The translations under genes and the position numbers were made by a program. A DNA stretch of 29,916 bases from Candidatus Micrarchaeia archaeon (GTDB lineage Archaea; Micrarchaeota; Micrarchaeia; Micrarchaeales; CABMGC01), in the NCBI GenBank assembly GCA_049976845.1, contig JBMFHL010000007.1, positions 1 to 29,916 on the forward strand, read 5' to 3'. Below the pieces are notes generated by a model, which searched no databases, had not been told where the DNA came from, and saw only the letters and a program-made list of their open reading frames with translations. Below, piece after piece: positions 1 to 9,467 of this stretch. Position 1 is the stretch's first letter. Each line of letters begins with the position of its first letter.

Positions 1-744
1 CCTGCAATCATAGCAATAGCTATTGTTGGTATTCCACAAATGAGTCTCACAGGATTGGCTGAGTTAATAATAGTGGCTGTGGTTGCTGGCGCCGCGCTCT
101 TTGCAGGCTTTGCTACAATTTACAGGTCAGTAGATAATGCAGGCATTGCAAATTCATACATGCTTATAGAATTGCAGCCCCCTATACTAATAATCTTTAG
201 TCTGCTTGCGCTGAGCGAGCACTTAAATTCATGGCAACTCATAAGCATGGCGCTAATATTCATAGGCATAGCGTTTGTTTTAATAACCAAGGAATTTAAG
301 ATAAGTAAGGAGCTTCTACCCTCTGTGGCAGGCAATATCCTATGGGCATCATATTGGATTGTGGCTGTAACCGCCATAACATACCTTAAAGAGTATGCAC
401 TGCTCATGCTGTTTATACGCGTTTTTGCAGCATTTTTTGCGCTCGCATATTATAGCAATTATAGTACCCGCGCTGCCTCCTCTGGCGTATCTATTAAAAA
501 GCTAGCAACCTCATCAATAATTGCATTTGCGCTTCTTGCAGGTTTGGCAGACGGCACCGGCAATATCCTTTTTGCATTTGTTTCATTTAGCCACAAACTC
601 GCTATAGGTAGCGCCATACTCACCATGGAGCCGATTGTGGTGTGGCTCATCGGCGTAGCATTGTACAAAGAAAAAGTCACAATGTTTCAGAAACTTGGCT
701 TTGCCATAGCAACAATAGGCTATGTCGCACTGGCAATAGCTTAA
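1..744 (+). CDS. EamA/DMT-superfamily membrane transporter, 5'-partial
   Basis: The frame is open from base 1 (PAIIAIAIVGIPQM...). It has many TM helices and two repeated DMT-like motifs (ELQPPILIIFSLLALSEHL...ISMALIFIG; TMEPIVVWLIGVALYKEKV...LGFAIATIG). Confidence 0.75.
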   Translation, partial: PAIIAIAIVGIPQMSLTGLAELIIVAVVAGAALFAGFATIYRSVDNAGIANSYMLIELQPPILIIFSLLALSEHLNSWQLISMALIFIGIAFVLITKEFKISKELLPSVAGNILWASYWIVAVTAITYLKEYALLMLFIRVFAAFFALAYYSNYSTRAASSGVSIKKLATSSIIAFALLAGLADGTGNILFAFVSFSHKLAIGSAILTMEPIVVWLIGVALYKEKVTMFQKLGFAIATIGYVALAIA

Positions 745-817
745 CTATATTATCTTCATCAAAATTTGGCACAAGCCTGCTCAAGTTTGCGAGAAGGCAA
801 AATTGAATGCAATTAAG

Positions 818-2452
818 CTAAGCCTGCGAAGCTATCCATATAGGAAATATGCCAGTTTTGTATGCGCCTGCCACCTTGTCTGTAGTGGTATTTATTATTG
901 ATATACTATCTGAGCCAGAGTTTGCAACATACACATACCCATCGTCGAAGGAGGTAGTTGCAAATGTGGGCAAGAACCCTACATTTATATTCTGTATAAA
1001 GGAGCGGCTATTTGTGTCGATGACTGAAACAGAGCTGCTGCCTGCATCTGTTATGTATGCATAGCCATTGTTTTGATCGAATGCTATGCCGAATGGTATG
1101 AATCCTGCAGAACTCTGCCACAATACTGCATTGCTGCTTGTATTTATAGCAACCACACTATCGAATCCTGGCAGCGTTACATAAATCACAGTGCCATTGT
1201 AATTAGAGGCGAGTGCATATGGTATTGCGTGAAGTGCTATAGTATCAACGAGGTTGTTGCTTGTGGTATTTATAATGCCTATGCTGCCAGATAACTGGTT
1301 CAGCACAAACACATATTTGGAATTCCCGCTTGCCAGAACAAAATCTGGATATACTCCTGTTTTAATATTCTTTACTATACTGCCTTTCTCATTTATTATT
1401 GTCACATTTCCAGAGCCAGAGTTTGCAACATACACATAGCCATTTGCATCTGCCATTGCAAACGGATAAGACCCAACTGCAACTGTCTTTATCAATGCAC
1501 CGCTAGTCCCATTCATTATCTCAACCTTGTTATCTTGCATCTCGCTTACATATGTTAAGGTCTGGTTGCTTGACACCGCCATGCTTGTCGGTTCAGCGAG
1601 ATTAGAAACTGTGCTCTCAACTCCATCTGACATATTTACTACTGTCAAATTGTCAGACAGAAGGTTTGCAATGAAGAGCCTGGGCTCTGAAGGAATAAAC
1701 ACTATAGTAACATTTGTTGTAAGTCCCGCATAAGAGACTGTTATAGTTGTCTGGCCTGTGGTGCCATTGCTTGAAAGATAGCTTATAAACCCATTTGATG
1801 TATTCTGGGCAATGCCAGATATTATACTTATTGAAGGATTGCTAGAAATGAGGCTCGGGCTTGCGATGGGTAGAGTATACCCAAATACATTCAATCCAAC
1901 CTCAAGACTTACATTGTTATTTGCTTTTGACATCTTCGAAGAAGGAGTTACAACAAGGCTGTACTTGGGCACAACAAGCTTTTTTGCATCAGTGGTATAA
2001 TTCCCTATAAATTTCTCGTTTACCGAGTTAGTGCAGCCGTTTCCGGGCATGCCGCAATACGAAGCGTTAACAACCAAAGTTCCAGAGGCGTATGAAAGCA
2101 AGGGCTTATACACATTGAGTTTACCGATGCAGAGCATCGGCTGCCCTGGTTTAACATAGCTAGGGCTGCAGTTAACAGTCGATGTGCTACTTCCATCGCT
2201 TATGCTCAACGAAGGCGCTTTTATAGCGTAAGGCTGCATATTGGTACCTAACATTGCAAACATCGTGCCAGTCTGGTTAGAAGCCTCTATAATGCCTATG
2301 CAATCTATGCCAAAATCAAATGTGCACTTTGAAGGTAGTAATGAATTGGCATTAGAAAATGATGAATAAACTAGATATACTACCAGTGCAGCGATAATGA
2401 ATACCGCAGTATAAACTAATATATACTCTATACTATTTTGAGCCTTCAGCAT
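818..2452 (-). CDS. Class III signal-peptide (pilin-like) surface protein with Cys-containing N-domain, Ig-like segment and C-terminal YVTN-type beta-propeller
   Basis: N-terminus MLKA|QNSIEY plus hydrophobic helix (Glu at +5). About seven ~42-aa repeats such as YVYVANSGSGNVTII, YAYITDAGSSSVSVID and YVYVANSGSDSISII. Many N-x-S/T sequons. Confidence 0.8.
   Translation of the reverse strand: MLKAQNSIEYILVYTAVFIIAALVVYLVYSSFSNANSLLPSKCTFDFGIDCIGIIEASNQTGTMFAMLGTNMQPYAIKAPSLSISDGSSTSTVNCSPSYVKPGQPMLCIGKLNVYKPLLSYASGTLVVNASYCGMPGNGCTNSVNEKFIGNYTTDAKKLVVPKYSLVVTPSSKMSKANNNVSLEVGLNVFGYTLPIASPSLISSNPSISIISGIAQNTSNGFISYLSSNGTTGQTTITVSYAGLTTNVTIVFIPSEPRLFIANLLSDNLTVVNMSDGVESTVSNLAEPTSMAVSSNQTLTYVSEMQDNKVEIMNGTSGALIKTVAVGSYPFAMADANGYVYVANSGSGNVTIINEKGSIVKNIKTGVYPDFVLASGNSKYVFVLNQLSGSIGIINTTSNNLVDTIALHAIPYALASNYNGTVIYVTLPGFDSVVAINTSSNAVLWQSSAGFIPFGIAFDQNNGYAYITDAGSSSVSVIDTNSRSFIQNINVGFLPTFATTSFDDGYVYVANSGSDSISIINTTTDKVAGAYKTGIFPIWIASQA
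912..937. repeat. 26-bp exact direct repeat, copy 1 (GAGCCAGAGTTTGCAACATACACATA)
   Basis: Identical to 1413-1438. Encodes YVYVANSGS on the minus strand. Spacing is 501 bp, in frame. Confidence 0.9.
1413..1438. repeat. 26-bp exact direct repeat, copy 2
   Basis: Identical to 912-937. Confidence 0.9.
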
Positions 2453-2526
2453 CTCTCCCCACCCCAGAGGCCTATGCCCTAATAATATTCCCTCTTGTTT
2501 CTCATATATAAACTAATGCCCTATTT

Positions 2527-3150
2527 TTAAATCTTTCTTTTGAATTCGCTAAGGTTCTTAAAAATGAAATCGGGCTTCGCCTCTTTAAGGGTTTCAATAG
2601 ATCCAAAGCCGTCTGCAATTGCGCAGGAGCCAATCCCTGCAAATTTTGCAGTGAGAATGTCAGTGCCCATGTCTCCTATGTATATGCTCTTTCTCTTACT
2701 GCTGTGCATGTTTTTGATTATCAGGAGCAATGGGGTTGGGTTTGGCTTGTATATCCTAATGGTATCGGCGCTAAGTACTATATCAAAATAATTTTCTATT
2801 CTGAGCATGGCAAGCTCTTTTCTTATCCTATCACTCTTGCCGTCGCTGAACAGCGCAATTTTTTTACCCTCTTTCTTCAGCTTCTCAAGCAGTTCAGATG
2901 CCCCTGGTTTTATCCTGGGCTTGAAAAAAAATGCGTACAGTTCATAAAACAGATCGTAGACACCATACTTTTCATTCCTGTCCAGCTGTATTGCGCTAAG
3001 CATATTCCTGTTGAATTTGTCCCTATGCGTAAGCACATAGTTCATGCTATACCTGCGCTTGAATAATCTAAGCACTCTGACAAGCGCTGTTGAAGTGCTT
3101 AGCGTGCCGTCGAAATCGAAGACGAAAAGGTCAAAATCTGAGAGGTGCAT
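2527..3150 (-). CDS. HAD-superfamily hydrolase (phosphoglycolate phosphatase-like)
   Basis: Motif I FDFDGTL, motif II S (LFSDG), motif III KPNP, motif IV GDMGTD. Confidence 0.85.
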   Translation of the reverse strand: MHLSDFDLFVFDFDGTLSTSTALVRVLRLFKRRYSMNYVLTHRDKFNRNMLSAIQLDRNEKYGVYDLFYELYAFFFKPRIKPGASELLEKLKKEGKKIALFSDGKSDRIRKELAMLRIENYFDIVLSADTIRIYKPNPTPLLLIIKNMHSSKRKSIYIGDMGTDILTAKFAGIGSCAIADGFGSIETLKEAKPDFIFKNLSEFKRKI

Positions 3151-3376
3151 GAAACTTTTACTGAGTTAAGCTATTTATCTTTTCCTGCCTTGTGCAATTG
3201 CTAGATCCAAATGTAAAGGTCAAAGCTTTGATTCTATGCTGGAAGAGCAATGAATACTTGATTATTTCATAGCTGCGATAATAGGTATTTAAAAATTCAA
3301 TTGCCAAAGATAAGCATGTGATGAGATAGGTGATCGCTGAGCCATGCTTTGCGATGACGATAGATAGGCGGTCTGA

Positions 3377-4249
3377 TTGGAAAACTTGAAGCAAAAAGAT
3401 ATCCTCGGAAAGCTGGGGAAAAGCAGTATACTCGCTACGGACATAGCTAGCCAGTTCTGGTGCGAGAAACAGATGGAGCTCAATTACATATATGGCAAGA
3501 GGTATACGAAGGCGATGGCAAAAGGGACAAAGATACACGAAGAGCTTCAAGCCCAAACCTATGTGCCCCTTGCCATAGAGCCAATAAATTATACAGATTA
3601 TCTTTACAAAGAAGGGTACGAAAATTATCTATCCTTGAAGAGCCTAAAGTCCAAGGGTGTTGGAAGGGAGATAAAAGTCTACGGCTCCATTAACGGCTAC
3701 AGGCTTGTCGGAAAAATAGATGAGCTCAAAATGGTCAGAGGCAAGGTTGTTGTTGTGGAGAATAAGACGAGGGAGATGAAGTACCAGATAAGCGAGGCAA
3801 TAATGAGGCCTCACAAGATTCAAGTGATGCTCTACAAAAAGATACTCGACGACATAATGTCTAAGAACTACACTATTGACAATTTCATGAATACTTATGG
3901 CAAAGGCCTCAAACCTATGTCTGAGCATTTCTTCCAGCAGCTTGAGGCCTTCAACATAGAGAAAAGCCTTGCAAGTATAGAAGGAATCTATAAAAAGATG
4001 TTTGAAGAAATCTATACAATGCCTCCAATAAGCGAAAGCCTAGAAGTGCAATATATAGACAGGTATACAGGAGAAAAAGCCGCAGCGGTGTCATTCAAAT
4101 ACGAGAAAGAAAAATTCGAAGATTTGATAATAAATGCAATGAAATACTGGAACGGAGAAGTAGAAGCAAGGCCTGTATCGGAGAGTGAGAAATGGAAGTG
4201 CAAGTTCTGCAAATTTTTTGGGAATGAATGCAAGGTATGGTATTCATGA
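3377..4249 (+). CDS. Exonuclease V (EXO5/Dem1-like) PD-(D/E)xK nuclease with 4Fe-4S staple
   Basis: TDIASQFWCEKQ, GTKIHEEL, REIKVYG...LVGKIDEL, VVENKTR, QVMLYK, YWNG...EKWKCKFCKFFGNEC (1+3 Cys). TTG start. Stop overlaps the alaS ATG (ATGA). Confidence 0.8.
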   Translation: MENLKQKDILGKLGKSSILATDIASQFWCEKQMELNYIYGKRYTKAMAKGTKIHEELQAQTYVPLAIEPINYTDYLYKEGYENYLSLKSLKSKGVGREIKVYGSINGYRLVGKIDELKMVRGKVVVVENKTREMKYQISEAIMRPHKIQVMLYKKILDDIMSKNYTIDNFMNTYGKGLKPMSEHFFQQLEAFNIEKSLASIEGIYKKMFEEIYTMPPISESLEVQYIDRYTGEKAAAVSFKYEKEKFEDLIINAMKYWNGEVEARPVSESEKWKCKFCKFFGNECKVWYS

Positions 4250-6894
4250 AACTAAGCAAAGAATCTCTAAGGGAGCAATTCTCGAAAGACTTCAAGGAGT
4301 ACTACTCAACAGAGCTTTTTGAGAGAGAAGGATTTAAGCGTAGGAAGTGCAAGATATGCGGCAGGTATTTCTGGAGCATACGCGACAGGGACACTTGCGA
4401 TGACCCTATACACACACAGTACACATTCTTCAGCGACAAGCCAACCAACATAAGTTATTATGAATTTTGGAAGAAGTTCGAAGAATTCTTCAAGAAAAAT
4501 GGCCATGAAATAATAAAAAGGTACCCTGTGGTGAGCAGGTGGAGGCAGGATCTTTATTTCACTATAGCAAGTATACAGGATTTCCAGAGAATAGAAAACG
4601 GCAAGATGAGCTTTGAATACAATGCGAATCCGTTGATAGTGCCGCAGATATGCCTAAGATTTAGTGATATAGAAAATGTAGGCGTAACTGGAAGGCATTT
4701 CACAAGCTTCATGATGGCTGGGCAGCATGCTTTCAATTGGCCAAAAGAAGGCTACTGGCGTGACAAGACTATAGAGCTAAATTTCAATTTTCTTACTGGA
4801 GTGCTTGGCGTTAAAAAGGAAAACCTAGTATACCATGAAGATGTTTGGGCAATGGGCGATTTCTCTGAATTTGGGCCTTGCCTCGAAAGTTTTTCCAATG
4901 GCAACGAGCTCGTCAACAGTGTTTTCACGCAGTTTCAATCTTTTAATGGGAATGTCTCTGAGCTGCAGGGTAAGGTAGTTGATGTCGGCTGGGGCTTCGA
5001 AAGGCTGTTGTGGTTTTACACTGGTCATGAAAATGCCTACGAAGCAGTATTCCATAACCAGATAGAAGAGATAAAGAAAAAAACAGGTATAGAATTTGAT
5101 TCAAATCTTTTCAAGAAGTTTTCAATGGCTGCCGGAGAGCTAAATGTGGATGAAGTAAAGAATGTGGATGTGCTCGAGAAGAAGATATTCGAGAAGACAG
5201 GTATAACAAGCAAGATATACAACGAGAAGCTGAGGCCAATACAGGCCATATACTCTATATTGGACCATACAAGGACAACACTCTTTGCAGTTAATGATGG
5301 TTCATTGCCTTCAAACATAGGTGGCGGTTACAATCTTAGAGTATTGCTAAGGCGCATGTTCGCATTCATAGAAGAATACAAGCTTGACATAAGCATACAG
5401 GAGATTGCAAAGTCAATAGCAAAAGACCTGAATGGCTTGTATCCCGAGCTCGAGAGCTCATTGGACACTTTCGGCAATGTAGTGGAAGTTGAGAAAGAAA
5501 GGTATGCAAAAAGCAAGGCAAGCGCAAGGAAGCTAGTCGAAAGCATAATTGCAAAGAACAAGCCAATAGGTGCTGAGGAAGCAAAAGTCCTATACGAAAG
5601 CCATGGGGTAACACCTGAATTCATATCTGCAATAGCAAAGGAGAAAAAGATAGACATTGAACTTTCGGAGAACGTCTATTCCCAGATAGTGGAGAGCGAC
5701 TTTGTTAAGAAAGAGAAGGCAAAAAAGATAGAAATAGACCTGCCGGAACTCCCAGCAACAGCACAGCTCTATTACGAATTTGCAGTTGAGTCAAAGTCAA
5801 AGGTTCTTTATGCAAAAGACAAGTATATCGTATTGGATAAAACCCCATTCTATCCAGAAGGTGGCGGGCAGGAGCCCGATACCGGCACAATCAACGGCAT
5901 AAATGTAGTCAACGTGCAGAAAGTGGGGAATGTGATAGTGCACGTATTGGATTCAAGCATAAGTAAAAGCAGTTATTTTGAGCAGGGCTCGGAGGTTGTT
6001 GCAAAGGTAAACGAGGTGCGAAGGAACAGGCTCATAGCGCATCATACCGCTACGCATCTCATAAGCGCGTGCTCAAGGGAGATACTCGGCAAGCATGCGT
6101 GGCAGGAAGGTGCAAGCAAAGCTCCAGACAAGGCGCACATAGATATAGCACACTACGAAAAGCTTTCAGAAGAACAGGTTAAGGCAATAGAAAATAAAGT
6201 AAATAGTTACATAATGAACGGCATAAAAGTGTCGGTAAGCGAAATGGACAGGGGCGAGGCTGAAAGCAAGTACGGCTTCACAATATACCAGGGGCATGGC
6301 GTACCTGCGAAGAAGATGAGAATTGTAACAATAACCACAAAGGAGGGAAAGCTCATAGACGCAGAAGCATGCGGCGGCTTGCATGCTGTTAACAGGGAAT
6401 ACCTGCTTGGCTTGGTAAAGATAATAGGCTCGTACAGAATTCATGACGGTGTAGACAGGATGGAGTTCGTTGCAGGCGGAGCCGCGCTAGATTATTTCAG
6501 AATGGAAGATTCGCAATTGCAAAAAATGTCTCCGCTGCTCAATCTAGAAAAAGACAAGGTATACGAAGGCGTAGTTTCGTTGAAGGAGAAGCAGAAGGAG
6601 CTTTATAAAAATTATACCTTGGTAGTAGAGCTTGCTGCAAAGGCAATAGCAGATTCCAGCATTGAAAAAAGCGAATATGTAATAGAAATCAATGCCCCTG
6701 TCGAACTTATGAGGGGCGTGGCACAGGAGCTTACAAAAAAGCGCAACTGCATTGCGCTAGTCAAAAGCAAGGACTATTGTGTCTGTATAAGCTCAAGCAG
6801 CAAGAGTGCAATAGAGTTTGCCAAGTCCACGCTTAAGAACTTCTCAGGAGGGGGCTCTGCAAAGGTAGCTGAAGGCAAGCTCAAAGATAATTAG
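4246..6894 (+). CDS. alaS: Alanyl-tRNA synthetase, archaeal type
   Basis: N-terminal CKICGRYFWS, YPVVSRWRQDLYFTIASIQDFQ, NVGVTGRHFTSF, VDVGWGFER, editing motifs HTATH and CGGLH, C-terminal GGGS. The ATG at 4246 overlaps the upstream TGA. Confidence 0.97.
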   Translation: MKLSKESLREQFSKDFKEYYSTELFEREGFKRRKCKICGRYFWSIRDRDTCDDPIHTQYTFFSDKPTNISYYEFWKKFEEFFKKNGHEIIKRYPVVSRWRQDLYFTIASIQDFQRIENGKMSFEYNANPLIVPQICLRFSDIENVGVTGRHFTSFMMAGQHAFNWPKEGYWRDKTIELNFNFLTGVLGVKKENLVYHEDVWAMGDFSEFGPCLESFSNGNELVNSVFTQFQSFNGNVSELQGKVVDVGWGFERLLWFYTGHENAYEAVFHNQIEEIKKKTGIEFDSNLFKKFSMAAGELNVDEVKNVDVLEKKIFEKTGITSKIYNEKLRPIQAIYSILDHTRTTLFAVNDGSLPSNIGGGYNLRVLLRRMFAFIEEYKLDISIQEIAKSIAKDLNGLYPELESSLDTFGNVVEVEKERYAKSKASARKLVESIIAKNKPIGAEEAKVLYESHGVTPEFISAIAKEKKIDIELSENVYSQIVESDFVKKEKAKKIEIDLPELPATAQLYYEFAVESKSKVLYAKDKYIVLDKTPFYPEGGGQEPDTGTINGINVVNVQKVGNVIVHVLDSSISKSSYFEQGSEVVAKVNEVRRNRLIAHHTATHLISACSREILGKHAWQEGASKAPDKAHIDIAHYEKLSEEQVKAIENKVNSYIMNGIKVSVSEMDRGEAESKYGFTIYQGHGVPAKKMRIVTITTKEGKLIDAEACGGLHAVNREYLLGLVKIIGSYRIHDGVDRMEFVAGGAALDYFRMEDSQLQKMSPLLNLEKDKVYEGVVSLKEKQKELYKNYTLVVELAAKAIADSSIEKSEYVIEINAPVELMRGVAQELTKKRNCIALVKSKDYCVCISSSSKSAIEFAKSTLKNFSGGGSAKVAEGKLKDN

Positions 6895-6899
6895 GTGGT

Positions 6900-7397
6900 T
6901 TGATACTACTCTATACTGTGTTCGCTTACCCAATTATATACATACTGCCTGCGTATGTTGCAAATGGCGCCCCAGTAATATTCGGAGGCGGCAAGCCCCT
7001 TGACCTTGGGAAAAAACTTTTTGGCAAAAGAATATTTGGGGACCACAAAACAATAAAAGGGCTTTTGGCAGGCCTGGCGAGCGGTTTCATAGTCTCAATA
7101 GTACTATCTTTATTTTTTCCTTACATGCTTGCCATAGGAATATTGCTTACGGTAGGAACACACATTGGGGATCTGCTTGGCAGCTTCATAAAAAGGCGCA
7201 TAGGTGCAAAGCCAGGCGTGAACATACCAATAATGGATCAATACTTATTCTTCGTAATGGCGCTGCTTTTTGCTCTTCCCTTTGGGCATCTTCCCTCACT
7301 CTACGGCTTAATATTCCTGGTAATACTTACAGGGATATTGCACAGGCTTACAAATATTGCAGCCCATAAAGCCAAGCTGAAAGATGTGCCTTGGTGA
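6900..7397 (+). CDS. carS: CDP-archaeol synthase
   Basis: LPAYVANGAPV, PLDLG...RIFGDHKT, GDLLGSFIKRRIG, PIMDQ, C-terminal KLKDVPW. Start is TTG 6900 or ATA 6903. Confidence 0.92.
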   Translation: MILLYTVFAYPIIYILPAYVANGAPVIFGGGKPLDLGKKLFGKRIFGDHKTIKGLLAGLASGFIVSIVLSLFFPYMLAIGILLTVGTHIGDLLGSFIKRRIGAKPGVNIPIMDQYLFFVMALLFALPFGHLPSLYGLIFLVILTGILHRLTNIAAHKAKLKDVPW

Positions 7398-7406
7398 CTC
7401 TTGCGG

Positions 7407-8885
7407 CTAAGCAGTCCAGGCCCACGGTAGAAGATTTATAAGCAGTGCCACTACTATTGCAACAGCAAGCGCTTTTATAAAGAGCTTGTTTTTGAACTCC
7501 AGATCATAAATGCGCCATCCGTCAAATCCTGGTATTGGAAGAAGGTTTACCACAGCAACTAGGAAGTTGAGCATGAACGAAAGCGCCGCTACAGTGAAGA
7601 TGAAATACAACAGCGAGCCTAAAATTCCTATTGGCACATACTCCTCGCTCAGCAGCACGCCTATCTTTCCAGAGCTACCAGTCTTGAACGAATACGAGCC
7701 CAAATTCGTTTTTACACTTACAGTTGAAAATGGCTTGTCACCAGCTGCAGCGACGTCAAAGCTGCTGAAGTTTTTTATGCTGTAGCCGTTCCAGCTTATA
7801 ACTCTTGAGCCCGGTGCAATTATGCCATTGGCAGGGTACCCCGGGACTGTTGCAGTGACCATTATACTAGTTAAGCAAAAGCTGCCTATGTTGAAAAGCA
7901 GCACGAGCATTATCAGGAAGAAAAATATTGAGAAGAGCATGTTCGAAGAAATTCCCGCTATAAGCATGCGGTCCTGCTTCTCTTTGCTAAGCTTCTTCAT
8001 TTCTTTCTCATCGGGCTCGACGAATGCACCCATAGGTATAATGCCGAAAAGCAGAACTCCAACCGATTTGAGCTTGACGTTTGCTATTCTGGCAAGCACG
8101 CCATGGGAGAATTCGTGCACTACAAGCAGTATTACAAGTGAAACTATGCCGGCAAAGAGTGGCATTGTCAAGCCTGGGAGCACCGGCGCAATGCCTGGGA
8201 TCTGTGAGCTTATGAGTGAATTGTTCGGCGCCCCAGCAACCACTGTGGAGACAAAAAAGAATGTGGAATAAAGTATGCTCCCTGCATTGTAAAGTATCGA
8301 CACAAATGTAAATGTGGCGAAGCCTCCGACAAAAGACAGGGAGTCAAGAGCAATGCCCTCTACATTTACTCCTGTGTTCATTGTGCTGTTTGCCATCTCT
8401 CCGTTTATTTTTCCGGTAATTGAAGGTATATTAAGGAAACCCATTGAAATGGACAGGTAAGGCAGAATAAAGAGCAGAAAAACAACTATGGTAATTAATC
8501 CCAGTGCAAAAACCTTCTTGCTTATGAATCTCCTAAAAAAGGGATATGCAAATATGCCAAAGCTTACTGTAAGGCCCCATTCTGCCAATGCTATCCACAA
8601 TCCTTTGTGGGAGCGCGACAGCCTGTCGATGAAATCTATGCCGTGCCTGCCTCCAAGCATGTAAGCCCCAAACGATCCATTCAGGCGGTTTATCCTGCGT
8701 ATTGCCTCTCCTGTTAATACGAGCGCAAGCAGGGCATAAGCCCATCGCAGCAGTGCCCCAGCATTCATAAAATAGAGATATGCTATGATTGCAACCGCAG
8801 CTATGCCCACGGCTATGCTAAGCAGTATCCTTGGCTTTTTTTCAATCTCCAATTTAGCAGAAGCATTTTTTCTATGTGCAGCCAT
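7407..8885 (-). CDS. Site-2 protease (M50) membrane metalloprotease with PDZ-like insert
   Basis: HEFSHG zinc motif, GAFVEPD, AGISSN, NLLPIPGFDG; multiple TM helices. Confidence 0.92.
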   Translation of the reverse strand: MAAHRKNASAKLEIEKKPRILLSIAVGIAAVAIIAYLYFMNAGALLRWAYALLALVLTGEAIRRINRLNGSFGAYMLGGRHGIDFIDRLSRSHKGLWIALAEWGLTVSFGIFAYPFFRRFISKKVFALGLITIVVFLLFILPYLSISMGFLNIPSITGKINGEMANSTMNTGVNVEGIALDSLSFVGGFATFTFVSILYNAGSILYSTFFFVSTVVAGAPNNSLISSQIPGIAPVLPGLTMPLFAGIVSLVILLVVHEFSHGVLARIANVKLKSVGVLLFGIIPMGAFVEPDEKEMKKLSKEKQDRMLIAGISSNMLFSIFFFLIMLVLLFNIGSFCLTSIMVTATVPGYPANGIIAPGSRVISWNGYSIKNFSSFDVAAAGDKPFSTVSVKTNLGSYSFKTGSSGKIGVLLSEEYVPIGILGSLLYFIFTVAALSFMLNFLVAVVNLLPIPGFDGWRIYDLEFKNKLFIKALAVAIVVALLINLLPWAWTA

Positions 8886-8964
8886 TTATTCACAACTAAC
8901 TTATATAAGAAAAGTTATTTTATATACTTATAACATAAATATCTTAATGCTTAATGGCGATGCT
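8886..8964. promoter_or_regulatory. AT-rich divergent promoter region between S2P and mbf1 with TATA-like boxes
   Basis: TTATATAA at about 8901 and purine-rich GAAAAG followed by TTTTATATA at about 8909-8926, between divergent starts. Confidence 0.45.
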
Positions 8965-9465
8965 ATGGAAACATGCGAAATCTGTGGCAGGGAAACTGAC
9001 ATGCTGTATGTTGTTGAAGTGGAAGGCGCAGTAATGGATGTCTGCAGCGAGTGCGCAAAAGGCAAAAAGGTAATTGAGAAGCTAAGCCAACATGCGGACG
9101 AGAAAAACAAGCAGTACATTTCTAAGAGCACTACTTCCAAAAGTGCAGAAGAAGTAATAACTCATTACGGCGCAGCAATAAGGAAAGCAAGAGAAAGCGT
9201 TGGGCTCCCACTGAAAGTGCTTGCAGAAAGGATAAACGAGAAAGAGAGCACGCTGCTAAGGGTAGAAGAGGAGAAGACGCTGCCCAATATAACGCTCACA
9301 AAGAAGCTCGAGAAAGAGCTGGGCATAAAGCTCACAGAGCAGGTGAAGGAGGAGAAACGGGTCCAGCTTAGGCCAAACGAGCCTATAACGCTGTGGGATG
9401 CCGCGGAGAAGAAAGAGAAAGCAAAGCATGGCAGTGTAAGCGGCGATGAAAATACAAGTGAGTAA
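8965..9465 (+). CDS. mbf1: Archaeal multiprotein bridging factor 1 (Zn ribbon + HTH)
   Basis: METCEICG...VEGAVMDVCSECAK, then HTH IRKARE...LAERINEKESTLLRVE...KKLEKELGIKL. The ATG at 8965 is preferred over the ORF-track start 8785, which lies inside the opposite-strand gene. Confidence 0.92.
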   Translation: METCEICGRETDMLYVVEVEGAVMDVCSECAKGKKVIEKLSQHADEKNKQYISKSTTSKSAEEVITHYGAAIRKARESVGLPLKVLAERINEKESTLLRVEEEKTLPNITLTKKLEKELGIKLTEQVKEEKRVQLRPNEPITLWDAAEKKEKAKHGSVSGDENTSE

Positions 9466-9467
9466 AA

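Noticed and set aside
3158..3556. 132-aa minus-strand ORF upstream of the HAD gene
   Set aside because: It overlaps exo5 antisense and the divergent promoter region, with no motif or RBS support.
3377..4249. CRISPR-associated Cas4 / CRISPR locus
   Set aside because: No repeat-spacer array or other cas genes in the window, and the motifs fit EXO5 better.
8785..8964. 60-aa N-terminal extension of MBF1 in the ORF track
   Set aside because: It overlaps the divergent S2P gene and the AT-rich promoter. The family N-terminus begins at METCEICG (8965).
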